Part shown: piece after piece, positions 11,010 through 22,520 of the stretch | Numbering within the stretch: the stretch's first letter is position 1 | Layout of the letters: every line of letters begins with the position of its first letter | NCBI RefSeq assembly: GCF_032444005.1 | Contig: NC_091282.1 | Location: 60,636,001-60,700,000, forward strand | Origin: Ranitomeya imitator | Taxonomy: Eukaryota | Direction: 5' to 3' | Length of the DNA: 64,000 nucleotides | Translations under genes and position numbers: made by a program | Notes under the pieces: model-generated | The model's input: the letters and a program-made list of their open reading frames with translations, nothing else | Database searches by the model: none | Told to the model about the DNA's origin: nothing

Positions 11010-13420
11010 TAGAATTGAGGGGTTTCCACTGTTTAGGCACTTCAGGGGGTCTCCAAACGCAACATGGCGCCACCATTGATTCCAGCCAATCTTGTATTCA
11101 AAAATTCAAATGGTGCTCCCTCACTTCCGAACCCCGACGTGTGCCCAAACAGTGGTTTACCCCCACATATGGGGTACCAGCATACTCAGGACAAACTGCG
11201 CAACAATTACTGGGGTCCAATTTCTCCTGTAACCCTTGGGAAAATAAAAAATTCTGGGCTAAAAAATTATTTTTGAGGAAAGAAAACGTATTTATTATTT
11301 TCACGGCTCTGCGTTATAAACTTCTGTAAAGCACTTGGGGGTTGAAAGTGCTCACCACACATCTAGATAAGTTCCTTTGGGGGTGTAGTTTCCAAAATGG
11401 GGTCACTTGTGGGGGGTTTCTACTGTTTAGGCACACCAGGGGCTCTGCAAATGCAACGTGACGCCCGCAGACCATTCCATCAAAGTCTGCATTTCAAAAG
11501 TCACTACTTCCCTTCTGAGCCCCCACGTGTGCCCAAACAGTGGTTTACCCCCACACATGGGGTATCAGCGTACTCAGGAGAAACTGGACAACAACTTTTG
11601 GGGTCAAATTTCTCCTGTTACCCTTGGGAAAATAAAAAATTGCGGGCTAAAATTCATTTTTGAGAAAATATATTTTTATTTTTATTTTCATGGCTCTGCG
11701 TTATAAACTTCTGTGAAGCACTTGAGGGTTCAAAGTGCTCACTACACATCTAGATTAGTTCCTTTGGGGGTCTAGTTTCCAAAATGGGGTAATTTGTGGG
11801 GGATCTCCAATGTTTAGGCACACAGGGGCTCTCCAAACGCGACATGGTGTCCGCTAATGATTGGAAATAATTTTCCATTTAAAAAGCCAAATGGCGTGCC
11901 TTCCCTTCTGAGCCCTGCCGTGCGCCCAAACAGTGGTTTACCCCCACATATGGGGTATCTGCATACTCAGGACAAACTGGACAACAACATTTGTGGTCCA
12001 ATTTCTCCTATTACCATTGGCAAAATAGGAAATTCCAGGCTAAAAAATCATTTTTGAGAAAAGAAAAATTATTTTTTATTTTCATGGCTCTGCATTATAA
12101 ACTTCTGTGAAGCACCTGGGGGTTTAAAGTGCTCAGTATGCATCTAGATAAGTTCCTTGGGGGGTCTAGTTTCCAAAATGGGGTCACTTGTGGGGGAGCT
12201 CCATTGCATAGGCACACAGGGGCTCTCCAAATGCGACATGGTGTCCGCTAACAATTGGAGCTAATTTTCCATTCAAAAAGTTAAAAGGCGCGCCTTCCCT
12301 TCCGAGCCCTGCCGTGTGCCCAAACAGTGGTTTACCCCCACATATGAGGTATCGGCGTACTCGGGAGAAATTGCTCAACAAATTTTAGGATCCATTTTAT
12401 CCTGTTGCCCATGTGAAAATGAAAAAATTGAGGCGAAGATAAATTTTTTGTGAAAAAAAAGTACTTTTTCATTTTTACGGATCAATTTGTGAAGCACCTG
12501 AGGGTTTAAAGTGCTCACTAGGCATCTAGATAAGTTCCTTGGGGGGTCCAGTTTCCAAAATGGGGTCACTTGTGGGGGAGCTCCAATGTTTAAGCACACA
12601 GGGTCTCTCCAAACGCGACATGGTGTCCGCTAACGATGGAGATAATTTTTCATTCAAAAAGTCAAATGGCGCTCCTTCCCTTCCGAGCCTTACCATGTGC
12701 CCAAACAGTGGTTTACCCCCACATGTGAGGTATTGGTGTACTCAGGAGAAATTGCCAAACAAATTTAAGGATCCATTTTATCCTGTTGTCCATGTGAAAA
12801 TGAAAAAATTGAGGCTAAAAAACTTTTTTTTTAGGATCCATTTTATCCTGTTGTCCATGTGAAAATGAAAAAATTGAGGCTAAAAAACTTTTTTTGTGAA
12901 AAAAAAGTACTTTTTCATTTTTACGGATCAATTTGTGAAGCACCTGGGGGTTTAAAGGGCTCACTATGCATCTAGATAAGTTCCTTGGGGCGTCTAGTTT
13001 CCAAAATGGGGTCACTTGTGGGGGAGCTCCAATTTTTAGGCACACGGGGGCTCTCCAAATGTGACATGGTGTCCGCTAAAGAGTGCAGCCAATTTTTCAT
13101 TCAAAAAGTCAAATGGCGCTCCTTCCCTTCCAAGCCCTGCCGTGCGCCCAAACAGTGGTTTACCCCCACATATGAGGTATCAGCGTACTCAGGACAAATT
13201 GGACAACAACTTTCGTGGTTCAGTTTCTCCTTTTACCATTGGGAAAATAAAAAAATTGTTGCTGAAAAATCATTTTTGTGACTAAAAAGTTAAATGTTCA
13301 TTTTTTCCTTCCATGTTGCTTTTGCTGCTGTGAAGCACCTGAAGGGTTAATAAACTTCCTGAATGTGGTTTTGTGCACCTTGAGGGGTGCAGTTTTTAGA
13401 ATGGTGTCACTTTTGGGTAT
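11010..13420. repeat. Tandem array of six ~381-394 bp units
   Basis: Marker CCCAAACAGTGGTTT at 11144, 11532, 11925, 12319, 12700, 13147; the fifth interval is longer because of a 65-bp internal duplication (12769/12834). Confidence 0.92.
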
Positions 13421-14274
13421 TTTCAGCCATATAGACCCCTCAAACTGACTTCAAATGTGAGGTGGTCCCTAAAAAAAATGGTTTTGTAAATTTCGTTGTA
13501 AAAATGAGAAATCGCTGGTCAAATTTTAACCCTTATAACTTCCTAGCAAAAAAAAATGTTGTTTCCAAAATTGTGCTGATGTAAAGTAGACGTGTGGGAA
13601 ATGTTATTTATTAACTATTTTGTGTCACATAACTCTCTGGTTTAACAGAATAAAAATTCAAAATGTGAAAATTGCGAAATTTTCCAAATTTTCGCCAAAT
13701 TTCCGTTTTTATCACAAATAAACACAGAATTTATTGACCTAAATTTACCACTAACATGAAGCCCAATATGTCACGAAAAAACAATCTCAGAACCGCTAGG
13801 ATCCATTGAAGCGTTCCTGAGTTATTACCTCATGAAGGGACACTGGTCAGAATTGCAAAAAACGGCAAGGTCTTTAAGGTCAAAATAGGCTGAGTCATGA
13901 AGGGGTTAAAGTGCTGTGAAATTGCAATCCCAGCAATTTTCTAGGTTCACTAAATGCTAAAACTGACCTGCCATTATGATTCTCCAGGTCACCTCGAGTT
14001 CATAGACACCAAACATGTCAATGCTATATTTTATCTAAGTGGTGAAAAAAAATTCCAAACTTTGTTAAAAGAAATTAAAATTGTGCCATTTTTCGTGATC
14101 CCAAGTTGGGTGAAGACTTATTTTCTGCATGCTGAGCTGACATTTTTAATAATACTATTTTGGTGCAGATACGTTCTTTTGATTGCCCATTATTGCATTT
14201 TAATGCAATGTCACGGCGACGAAAAAAAGTAATTCTGGCATTTTTCTCTTGCTGCCCCATTTAGCGATCAGGGT

Positions 14275-15044
14275 TGTTAGGTTTTGAGTTCCCGCCTCTG
14301 CACAGGGGGAATATCAAACCATCTCCGCTGCGGTCTCCCATCCTTTTCCAGCCGCAGTGGGGTCTGCTCAGCGGAGACGTCAGTCCCAGTGTCTGACTCA
14401 GACTGATACTGGGTGACTGGTTACTACTGTTGTTCCAGGCTCTGCCTTTGTAGCCAGCGATGATCAGCAGCGAGCAGATCCTTCTGGGGCCAACTCCTGC
14501 TTTTCCCATACTGGGCATGCCCACAGGACGTCCTCCCATTGGAGGTTGGGGGCCATATGCGCAGGTCCTGAAGCGATTCCTGTTGGACCAACTAGGAAGG
14601 TCCTTGAGTGCTAAAACTATAAAAGATTCGCATGGCCACATGGCCATGAGCTAGTATTAACCTAAGTTATGAGCTCAGCGCCAGTGTGGTCATGCTTGAA
14701 TGTGGTCAGAGTTTGGCTGAAATAAGCCCCTAGAATACCGGCACCTCCAGTGAAGAGTTTGTGTATGTGGATTCAGGGTTTGGCTGAAATAAGCGCCTAG
14801 AATACCAGCACCTCCGGTGAGGAGTTTTGTGTGTGCTACGCTGACTGCATGACCACTGTTGGCTCTATTAGGTAGCTGTTCCTCTGTGAGTTTAACAGGG
14901 CACAGCATTCTCTTTTCTCAAGCGAATCTATGAAGTAACAGAGTTCGCTTATACCGCCATATAGTACTGTCTTTTACTAGCAGCAGGTTCTCTCCTGCAC
15001 GGAGGACCCTGGGTTGCGAATGCACCTTCTACTCAATATATATA

Positions 15045-15094
<50 letters not shown>

Positions 15095-15119
15095 TTGGTG
15101 CGTTCCGACAACCCTGATA
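14275..15119 (+). repeat. 5' LTR
   Basis: Begins TGTTAG; homologous to 19877-20703; TATAAAA at 14618; (TA)n near the 3' end. Confidence 0.85.
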
Positions 15120-15148
15120 GAATAGTAGCGCCAGGGTCTGGCTAGTAA

Positions 15149-16040
15149 ATGGCAAACAAACAGCAATCCTTGCGGTACATCCAGCAGCTGGAGGGTAGGT
15201 TGGCGGCTCTCGAGTTCACAACCTCAGCTGTGGATGTTACCGCAGTTGCTGTTCAGGCTGCTAGCGTGGCTGCAGCAACCTTGTACACTGCCACCTCTGT
15301 TCCGACTCTATCTCGCCTCCCGCTGCCATAAAAATTTTCTGGTGATAGTAAATCTTGTAGGGGTTTCGTGAGCCAGTGCTCTATACACCTCGAGCTTCTG
15401 GCCACACGTTTCCCCTCAGAGCAGGCAAAGGTGGGATTCATTATGTCTCTCCTGTCAGACAGGGCATTGGAGTGGACTATCATGTGGTGCAGAGTGCTCT
15501 GCTGTTCCTGAGCACTCTGAAACAGGTCTTTTTAGGACCTCGAGTCACCCATGATACAGCACTCCAACTGTTAGAATTGACTCAGGGCTTGTCCTTGGTC
15601 AGCCATTTTGCTGTCCACTTCCGCACCCTAGCATCTGAGCTGGAGTGGTCGTAAAAAGCCCTTATCCCTATATTTTGGAGGGGGCTGGCTGACCACGGTA
15701 AGGACGCTCTGGCCACTAGGGAGATTCCCACCACACTGGAGGAGTTAATAGCTGTGTGCACTCGTATTGACCTCCATTTTTATGAGCGGAGGTTAGATCG
15801 GGCCCAGTGTAGGCAGAGAATTCAGCTGGCTCCCACCTTCACCAAACCTTTGGAATCTCCGGTCCTGGTCCCTGAGTCACATGAGGCCATGGAAGTGTTA
15901 CGAGCAAAATCTAGGTCCTGGACCGCTCGTACACTCAAGGTCTGTTTTGTTTGCCAGCAGTCAGGACATCTTGCCACCAGATGTTCCCAGCGGTCAAGGA
16001 AACGTCAGCGTCTAGTGGTACTAGATGGAAGTACACTAGA
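15149..16040 (+). pseudogene. Gypsy gag pseudogene
   Basis: ATG 15149; LPLP*KFSGDSKSCRGFVSQC-type gag segment; CCHC knuckle CFVCQQSGHLATRC; broken frames. Confidence 0.88.
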
Positions 16041-19000
16041 CACGGCGACGTTTGGCTCCAAATTGTCCTTTAAGGGGACAATTACTATTGGCTCATTCAC
16101 TGACTCGGTAGAGCTCGTGGATTCTGTGGTGGAGGGCAATTTTATGTCTTCTGCCGTCGCCCAACATCACGAAATTTCCCTGGTAATGCTAGCTCGACAC
16201 TGCCCTCACAGATAACACACCAGACCATCCCTTTTGCTCTGTCCATGTCGCCATCTCATCAGGAGATTATATCTCTGCTCATCATTCCTGTGGGAATTGA
16301 TGAGGTCCTGTTAGGGATACCTTGGCTACGGTACCACTCTCCTCATATTGAGTGGTCCACAGGCAGAATTTTGGGATGGGGTGAATCTTGTGGGGGTAGA
16401 TTTCAGAGGGAATGTGTTCAGGTTGCTACTATTGAGGTACCCGCAGATCTTTCCTCTCTCCCCAAGCAATATTGGGCCTATGCGGACGTGTTCTCCAAAA
16501 GGGCCGCGGAGAACCTTCCGCCTCACCGCCCCTATGACTGTCCTATTGACCTTTTGCCTGGTGCTGAGCCTCCCCAAGGTCGAGTCTATCCATTATCTCT
16601 CCCAGAGACGGAGGCAATGTCACAGTACATCATTCATGAAAATCTGGCTAGAGGATTCATTAGGATGTCAGTGTCACCTGCAGGGGCTGGGTTCTTCATC
16701 GTGCAGAAGAAGAACGGGGAACTACGTCCATGCATAGACTACAGGGGTCTTAATGCCATCACCATTAATAATAGAAGATGGCTTTTAACACCAGGGATGG
16801 GCACTATGAATATCTAGTGATGCCCTTTGGGCTCTGTAATGCCCCAGCCATTTTCCAAGACCTTGTTAATGATATCTTCCGAGATATGCTCTCCACCTCG
16901 GTCAAAGTTTATCTGGATGATATTCTCATCTACTCTTCAGATATAGACTCCCACCGGAGAGATGTTTGCAAGGTCTTCGACCTCCTATGGGCTAACCCCC
17001 TCTATTCTAAGTTGGAGAAGTGTGTGTTTGAGCACGAGTCCTTGCCTTTCCTTGGCTATATCATCTCTGCCCAGGGATTGGCTATGGATCCTACCAAGCT
17101 ACAGGCTGTGATGGACTGGCAGGAACCCCATTCTCTCAAAGCGGTGCAGCGCTTTATGGGGTTCATTAATTATTATCGCTATTTCATTCCCCATTTCTCA
17201 ACTTTGGTAGCTCCCTTGGTAGCCCTCACAAAGAAGGCAGTGAATCCCAAATTGTGGTCTGAAGAGGTCTCTAAGGCCTTCACTTCTATTAAATCTCATT
17301 TTGCTAGTGCTCCCATCCTACATCGATGTAGATAAGCCATTTATTATGGAGATGGATGCCTCATCCGTTGGTGCCGGAGCAGTCCTCTTCCAAAAGGATG
17401 CTCAAGGTTGGAAGCATCCTTGCTTCTTCTTTTCCAAGACCTTCACACTAGTGGAGAGGAATTATTCCATTGGGGCAGGGAATTGCTAGCAATGAAGTTG
17501 GCCTTCTCAGAGTTGAGACATCTTTCAGAGGGGGCTCGCTTTTCCTTCCAAGTATTCACAGATCACAAGAATTTGGTCTATTTACAGACAGCCCAGCAGT
17601 TAAATTCTCACCAGGCAATATGGTCCTTGTTCTTCTCCCGCTTCCATTTCACCCTCCATTTTCTTTCCAGGGAGAAGAACATTGGTGCTGATGCTCTCTC
17701 TCGCGCCGTTGTATCATCTGAGGAGGAGGAGGAGGAGCCTCGGCTTATTGTCCCTTCCGAGAACCTGAGAACTGTGGCCCTGGTTTCGCTAGAGTCTGTG
17801 CCTCCGGGTAAGACATTTGTACCATCCAGTCTGTGTCCAGAAGTTCTCTCTTGGGCTCACTCATCCAGGGTGGGGGGGACGTTTTGTGTCCAAAAGGGCA
17901 TCTGAGCTACTGGCGAGGACATGCTGGTGGCCGCTTATGGCCCATGACGTTGCAGACTATGTTCAGGCGTGTGTCTCCTGTGCCAAGAACAAGTCTCCTC
18001 ATCAATGGCCAGCTGGGTTGCTTCACCCCCTGCAGGTGGCGGACAGGCCCTGGGAGATGGTCGGGATGGACTTTGAGGTGGGCTTACCCAAGTCTCATAG
18101 CTGCACCATTATTTGGGTGATCACGGACCATTTTCCAAAATGGTGCGCTTGGTGCCTCTTCCATGGTTACCTTCTGCACGGGCTCTGGCTGTGTTGTTCA
18201 TCAAACATATCTTTCACCTACACTGTATGCTGGACAAAATTGTCAGTGACCGGGGTCCCCAGTTTGCATCTCAATTCTGGAGAGAGCTTTGTTGTCTGCT
18301 CAGAATCGAGTTGAATCTCTCCTCAGCATATCATCCTGAGACGAATTGGTTGGTAGAGAGGGCCAATCAGACCCTGGTCACATATCTACATTTTGTTTCT
18401 GCCAGGCAGGATGACTGGGTGTCCTTGCTACCGTGGGTGGAGTTTGCGTTTAACAATGCCGTAGTCGATTCCTCTGGACAGACCCCATTCCTCCTTAATT
18501 ACGGCCTGCATCTGTGGGTTCCTTTGCCTATGCCCGTGTCTTCAACCGACTCCAGTGTGGCAGACTGTGCTGTGGAGGCACGGGACATTTGGGACGGCAC
18601 TCAGGATACCATCCGGGCCTCCAAGGAGAGAATGAGATCCTCTGATGATGTACATCGGTGCCCCGCTCCGACCTTTGCTCCGGGCGACTTGGTGAGGCAC
18701 TCCGCCCATAACATCAGGCTGCGAATTAAGTCCACTAAGTTTGCACCTCACTACTTGGGTCCTCTCAAGGTCCTCGAACAGGTTAACACCTTTCATGTGT
18801 CTCTTCTAAAGCGCGTTCACATGTACCGGTTTTCTGAGTCATCTGCTGTGACATCGGATTCATCTATGGATGATTATGAAGTGAATGCTATCTTGGGGTG
18901 TAAGGAGGTGCATGGCAAAAAATTTCATTTGGTGGATTGGAAGGACTATGGCCCAGAGGACAGGTCCCGGGATCCTGCTGAGCACATTCGGGCTCCTGTT

Positions 19001-19850
19001 GTGAATTCTTTGGCAGAGCTCCCTCCTGTGGTCACAAGTGGTACTTCGGCTGATTCTGTCTGTGAGCTTCCGTTGGTGGAGGAGAGTGGTACTGCGGCTT
19101 CTGAGTTTCCTTCCTCAGGTGTGTGGTGAAGTCGTTAGGTGCTGCTCTATTTAACTCCACCTGGTGCTCTGATCCTGGCCTCCAGTCAATGTTCTAGTAT
19201 AGGACTTGCTTCCTCCTGGATCGTTCCTGTGGCCTGCTGCTCTGCATAGCTAAGTTCCACTTTTGTTATTTTGTTTGCTGTTTTTTCCTGTCCAGTGTGC
19301 GTATTTGTTTTTTCTTGCTTGCTGGAAGCTCTGGGACGCAGAGGGTGTACCTCCGTGCCGTTAGTTCGGTACAGAGGGTCTTTTTGCCCCCTTTGCGTGG
19401 TTGTTTGTAGAGTTTTGTGTTGACCGCATAGTTATCTTTCCTATCCTCGCTCTGTTCAGAAAGTCGGGCCTCACTTTGCTAAATCGATTTCATCTCTACG
19501 TTTGTCTTTTCATCTTAACTCACAGTCATTATATGTGGGGGCTGCCTTTTCCTTTGGGGTATTTCTCTGAGGCAAGGTAGGCTTATTTTCTATCTTCAGG
19601 CTAGCTAGTTTCTCAGGCTGTGCCGAGTTGCATAGGGAGCGTTAGGCGCAATCCACGGCTGCCTCTAGTTGTGGTTGGAGAGGATTAGGGATTGCGGTCA
19701 GCAGAGTTTCCACGTCTCAGAGCTCGTTCTATATTTTTGGGTTATTGTCAGGTCACTGTATGTGCTCTGGCTTCTATGTCCATTGTGGTACTGAATTACC
19801 TTATCATAACAGGCTCCGCAGCTCATTGCTGCCTTTGAGCCTAGCAAGGC
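16040..19850 (+). pseudogene. Gypsy pol pseudogene (protease, RT, RNase H, integrase, chromodomain)
   Basis: [25 protein letters not shown] (16910-16921), RNase H FTDHKNL, integrase IVSDRGPQF..YHPETN..ERANQ, chromodomain YEVNAILGCK..VDWKDYGPED; interrupted by the solo LTR 18997-19811. Confidence 0.92.
18997..19811. mobile_element. Solo LTR of a different family inserted in the chromodomain
   Basis: TGTTGTG...ATAACA termini; GGCTCC duplicated on both sides; removing it restores H-I-R-A-P-Q-L-I-A-A-F-E. Confidence 0.88.
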
Positions 19851-19876
19851 CCAAGGAGGGGGGCCCTAGGGGGTAA

Positions 19877-20703
19877 TGTTATGTGTTGAGTTCTGCCGCT
19901 GCACAGGGGGAATCTCGAACCACCTCCGCTGCGGTCTCCCATTCTTCTTCAGCCAGAGTGGAGCCTGGTCAGCAGAGACGTCAGTCCCAACATCTGGCTC
20001 AAGCAGATACTGTGCGCTTGATTACTGCTGATCTTCCAGGCTCAGCCATTGCAACAAGCAGATGCTCCTGGGACTAAGTCCTGCTTTTCCACTACTGAGC
20101 ATGCCCAAGGGACGACATCTCATTGGAGGTCGGGGGTCACATGCTAAGGTCCTGAAGCAGTTCCTATTGGACCACTAGGAAGGTCCTGGAGAGCTTTCTC
20201 TATAAAAGGTTTGCAAGGCCGCACGGCAATGCGCTAGTATCAACCTATGTTTATGAGCTTAGCTACCTTGTGGTCAGTATCTGCATGTGTTCAGGGTCAG
20301 CTGTATAGCCACTAGAATTCTAGCACCTCCGGAGAGGGGTTCATGTGTGTGAATTTAGGGCTAGCGTATAGCCACTAGAATTCTGGCACCTCTGGAGAGG
20401 AGTTGTTTGTGTGGTTATGCTGACTGCATGACCAACTGTATACTATCTGCTCTGTTAGTGAGCTATGATCCTCTGTGAAGTTAACAGGGCACAGCCTTAT
20501 CGTAATCTCGGCGACTCTGTGAAGCAACAGAGTTTTCTCCTATACAGACCAGGTGACAGAACCCGTATCTATTCAGGCGTTATACCGCCATATAATACTG
20601 CCATTTACTGGCAGCATGTTCCACTCCTGCACGGTGGACCCCGGGCTGCGAACGCACCTATATTATCCCAATATTTACTCTGTGCATAGCACTAGCGCTA
20701 ACA
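19877..20703 (+). repeat. 3' LTR preceded by a purine-rich tract
   Basis: GGAGGGGGGCCCTAGGGGGTAA then TGTTATG; ends CTAACA; TATAAAA at 20201. Confidence 0.88.
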
Positions 20704-21950
20704 CTCCCCATCTTCCTTTTTTACAAATAAAAACCCCGCAGCAAAGGGAGATGAGGATGGTCTAATATGACCCTTTGCCAAATTTTCCGTGATATAGTCC
20801 TTCATGACCTGCATCTCTGGACCAGAGATATTATATAGTCTGCTCTTTGGCAGCTTTGCCCCAGGGACAGGATTTTCAGCGCAGTTTTAAGGACGATGGG
20901 GAGAGAGTTCTTCACAGCCATGCTCCGAGAACACATCCCCAAAGTCTGACAGGTATTTAGGCATAGACTGGGCATCCACCCTTGCAAGCCTGATGCGCAA
21001 GCAGTGTCCTTGACAATACTCACTCCACTTTACCACCTCCCGAGTCTGCCAATTTACCACAGAGGTGTTCAGAAGGAGCCAAGAAAGTTCATGAACCACA
21101 GGAGAGGACTCTCTCTCTAGCAAATAACAGTCAATACCTTCTGAGTGCATAGCTCCTGCCCGTAAATGTACCTGCTGGATGACTTGAGTAACATTCCTCT
21201 GTCTCAAGGGTGCAGATTCGATGCCGATTCTATGCATGTGGTTTGAGGCCCTGGACCTCGACAAACCTAGCATTGATCAAATTAAACCCCTTCCGACTGT
21301 CCAGCAATGCATAAATAACCATCTTATTTTTGCCCCGATGGATTTCATCAGGCAGAAAAAAATGTGCCCTACCCACGGAGGAGATAGGTACACCTGGGTT
21401 GCTAGCCTCCCAAAAACCCAGGCTCCTTAGTTTTTTGGCAGCTGTTTACAGTGAAATAGGGAAGGACATGTGCTCACAAAATGGCCTTTTCTACCACAGT
21501 AAAAACATTCTCCCCTTTTGTGCCGAACAACAGACTGCATTTCAGAACGAGTTGCCCCTCCCAACTGCATAGGTTCCTCAGATGCCTCAGACCAGGTTTC
21601 CCGTGGCCCCGGAGCTCCCGCACATTGGATTGTCTCTTTATGTCTCTGACGAAGACGGTGATGCACCCAGATAGTCAGAGACATAGACAGCTCAAGGGAA
21701 ACTGGAGTCTTATACAGAGCTAAGGCATTCTTCTTCCTTATTGATAGCCCTTCACAGAACAGGCTACGGAGCACTGGGTCATTCCATTTAGTGTCAGTGA
21801 ACCACCTCCGAAACTCAAAACAATACTTTTCCATCTTCTGGTCTCCCTACTGAAGCTGATGTAGTGTGGACTCAGCCAGGAAGAGGCAGTTGGGGTCGTT
21901 ATATGTATATCTGACAGCAGGCTTTCTATGTAATCTGAGGGCAGCATGAC
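20704..21950 (-). mobile_element. Second Gypsy fragment (gag, protease, RT N-terminus)
   Basis: ORF 21427-21834 with EEPMQLG and CFYCGRKGHFVSTC; ORF 20887-21273 ending DVFSEHGCEELSPHRP; manual translation continues ...ENLAKGHIRPSSSPFAAGFLFVKKEDGE to 20704. Confidence 0.85.
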
Positions 21951-22520
21951 ATAGGGACTGAGACACTGATTTCAGTGATATGTCACTTATTAGGCTTTGT
22001 GCTCTTGTATCAATACAATGAGTGTTTTATCTGCAGGAAATTATCACTAGAGGGCTAGCCGCCCCCCATGAATCCTGGTCTAGCTCCACCCTCATCACAG
22101 ATTAGCTGCTTACTGTCAATATATACTGTATATAGAAATGTGTCGTGTGGTCGGGGTTAGCTTTCTGTGCTCTGCTACATGTTAAAAACTCTGATTGTAC
22201 CACAACCGTTGCACCTAGTAAACTATGCGATACATCATTGAAATCAGGGCCTGTTTTCCTATATTTTGTTGCTCTGAGATGAGGTGGCAATACCCTTGTG
22301 ACAGATTCCTTTTAAAGTAATTTTCAGATATTAAAGGGGTTTTACTTAAATATTTGCAATCATTCTATGTGAGGTATGTTATCTGATTTCTGAAAGTATG
22401 CAGTGTAGACATTGTCAGGATTAAATTCTGTTTCTGCTTACAATTTGCATACTTGCGGTCACATGCCAATTAGCATCTTTTTCTTCTCCTCTCAATGTTA
22501 TTTTCAGAGAAGCAGATGTA

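Larger units (their letters stand above)
9057..13905. mobile_element. 4.85-kb TTAA-flanked non-autonomous element (piggyBac-like) with internal tandem repeats
   Basis: TTAA at 9053-9056 and 13906-13909; termini CCCCTTCCCGAC / GTCATGAAGGGG; no transposase ORF; spans an N gap. Confidence 0.78.
8868..14274 (+). mobile_element. TTAA-flanked non-autonomous piggyBac-like element, interrupted at 9052/13910 and truncated at 14274
   Basis: Starts TTAA|CCCCTTAACCCCCAGAGC like 42357; family sequence stops at ~9052, resumes at ~13910 (AGTGCTGTGAAATTGCAA) and is cut by the LTR at 14275. Confidence 0.8.
14275..20703 (+). mobile_element. Ty3/Gypsy chromovirus (Tf1/sushi-type) LTR retrotransposon, decayed
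   Basis: LTR-gag-pro-RT-RNaseH-IN-chromodomain-PPT-LTR order; many stops and frameshifts; no shared TSD. Confidence 0.93.

Noticed and set aside
11010-13420. Regularly spaced repeats resembling a CRISPR array or repeat-protein gene
   Set aside because: Whole ~390-bp units are homologous with no unique spacers; ORFs are short and inconsistent; eukaryotic context.
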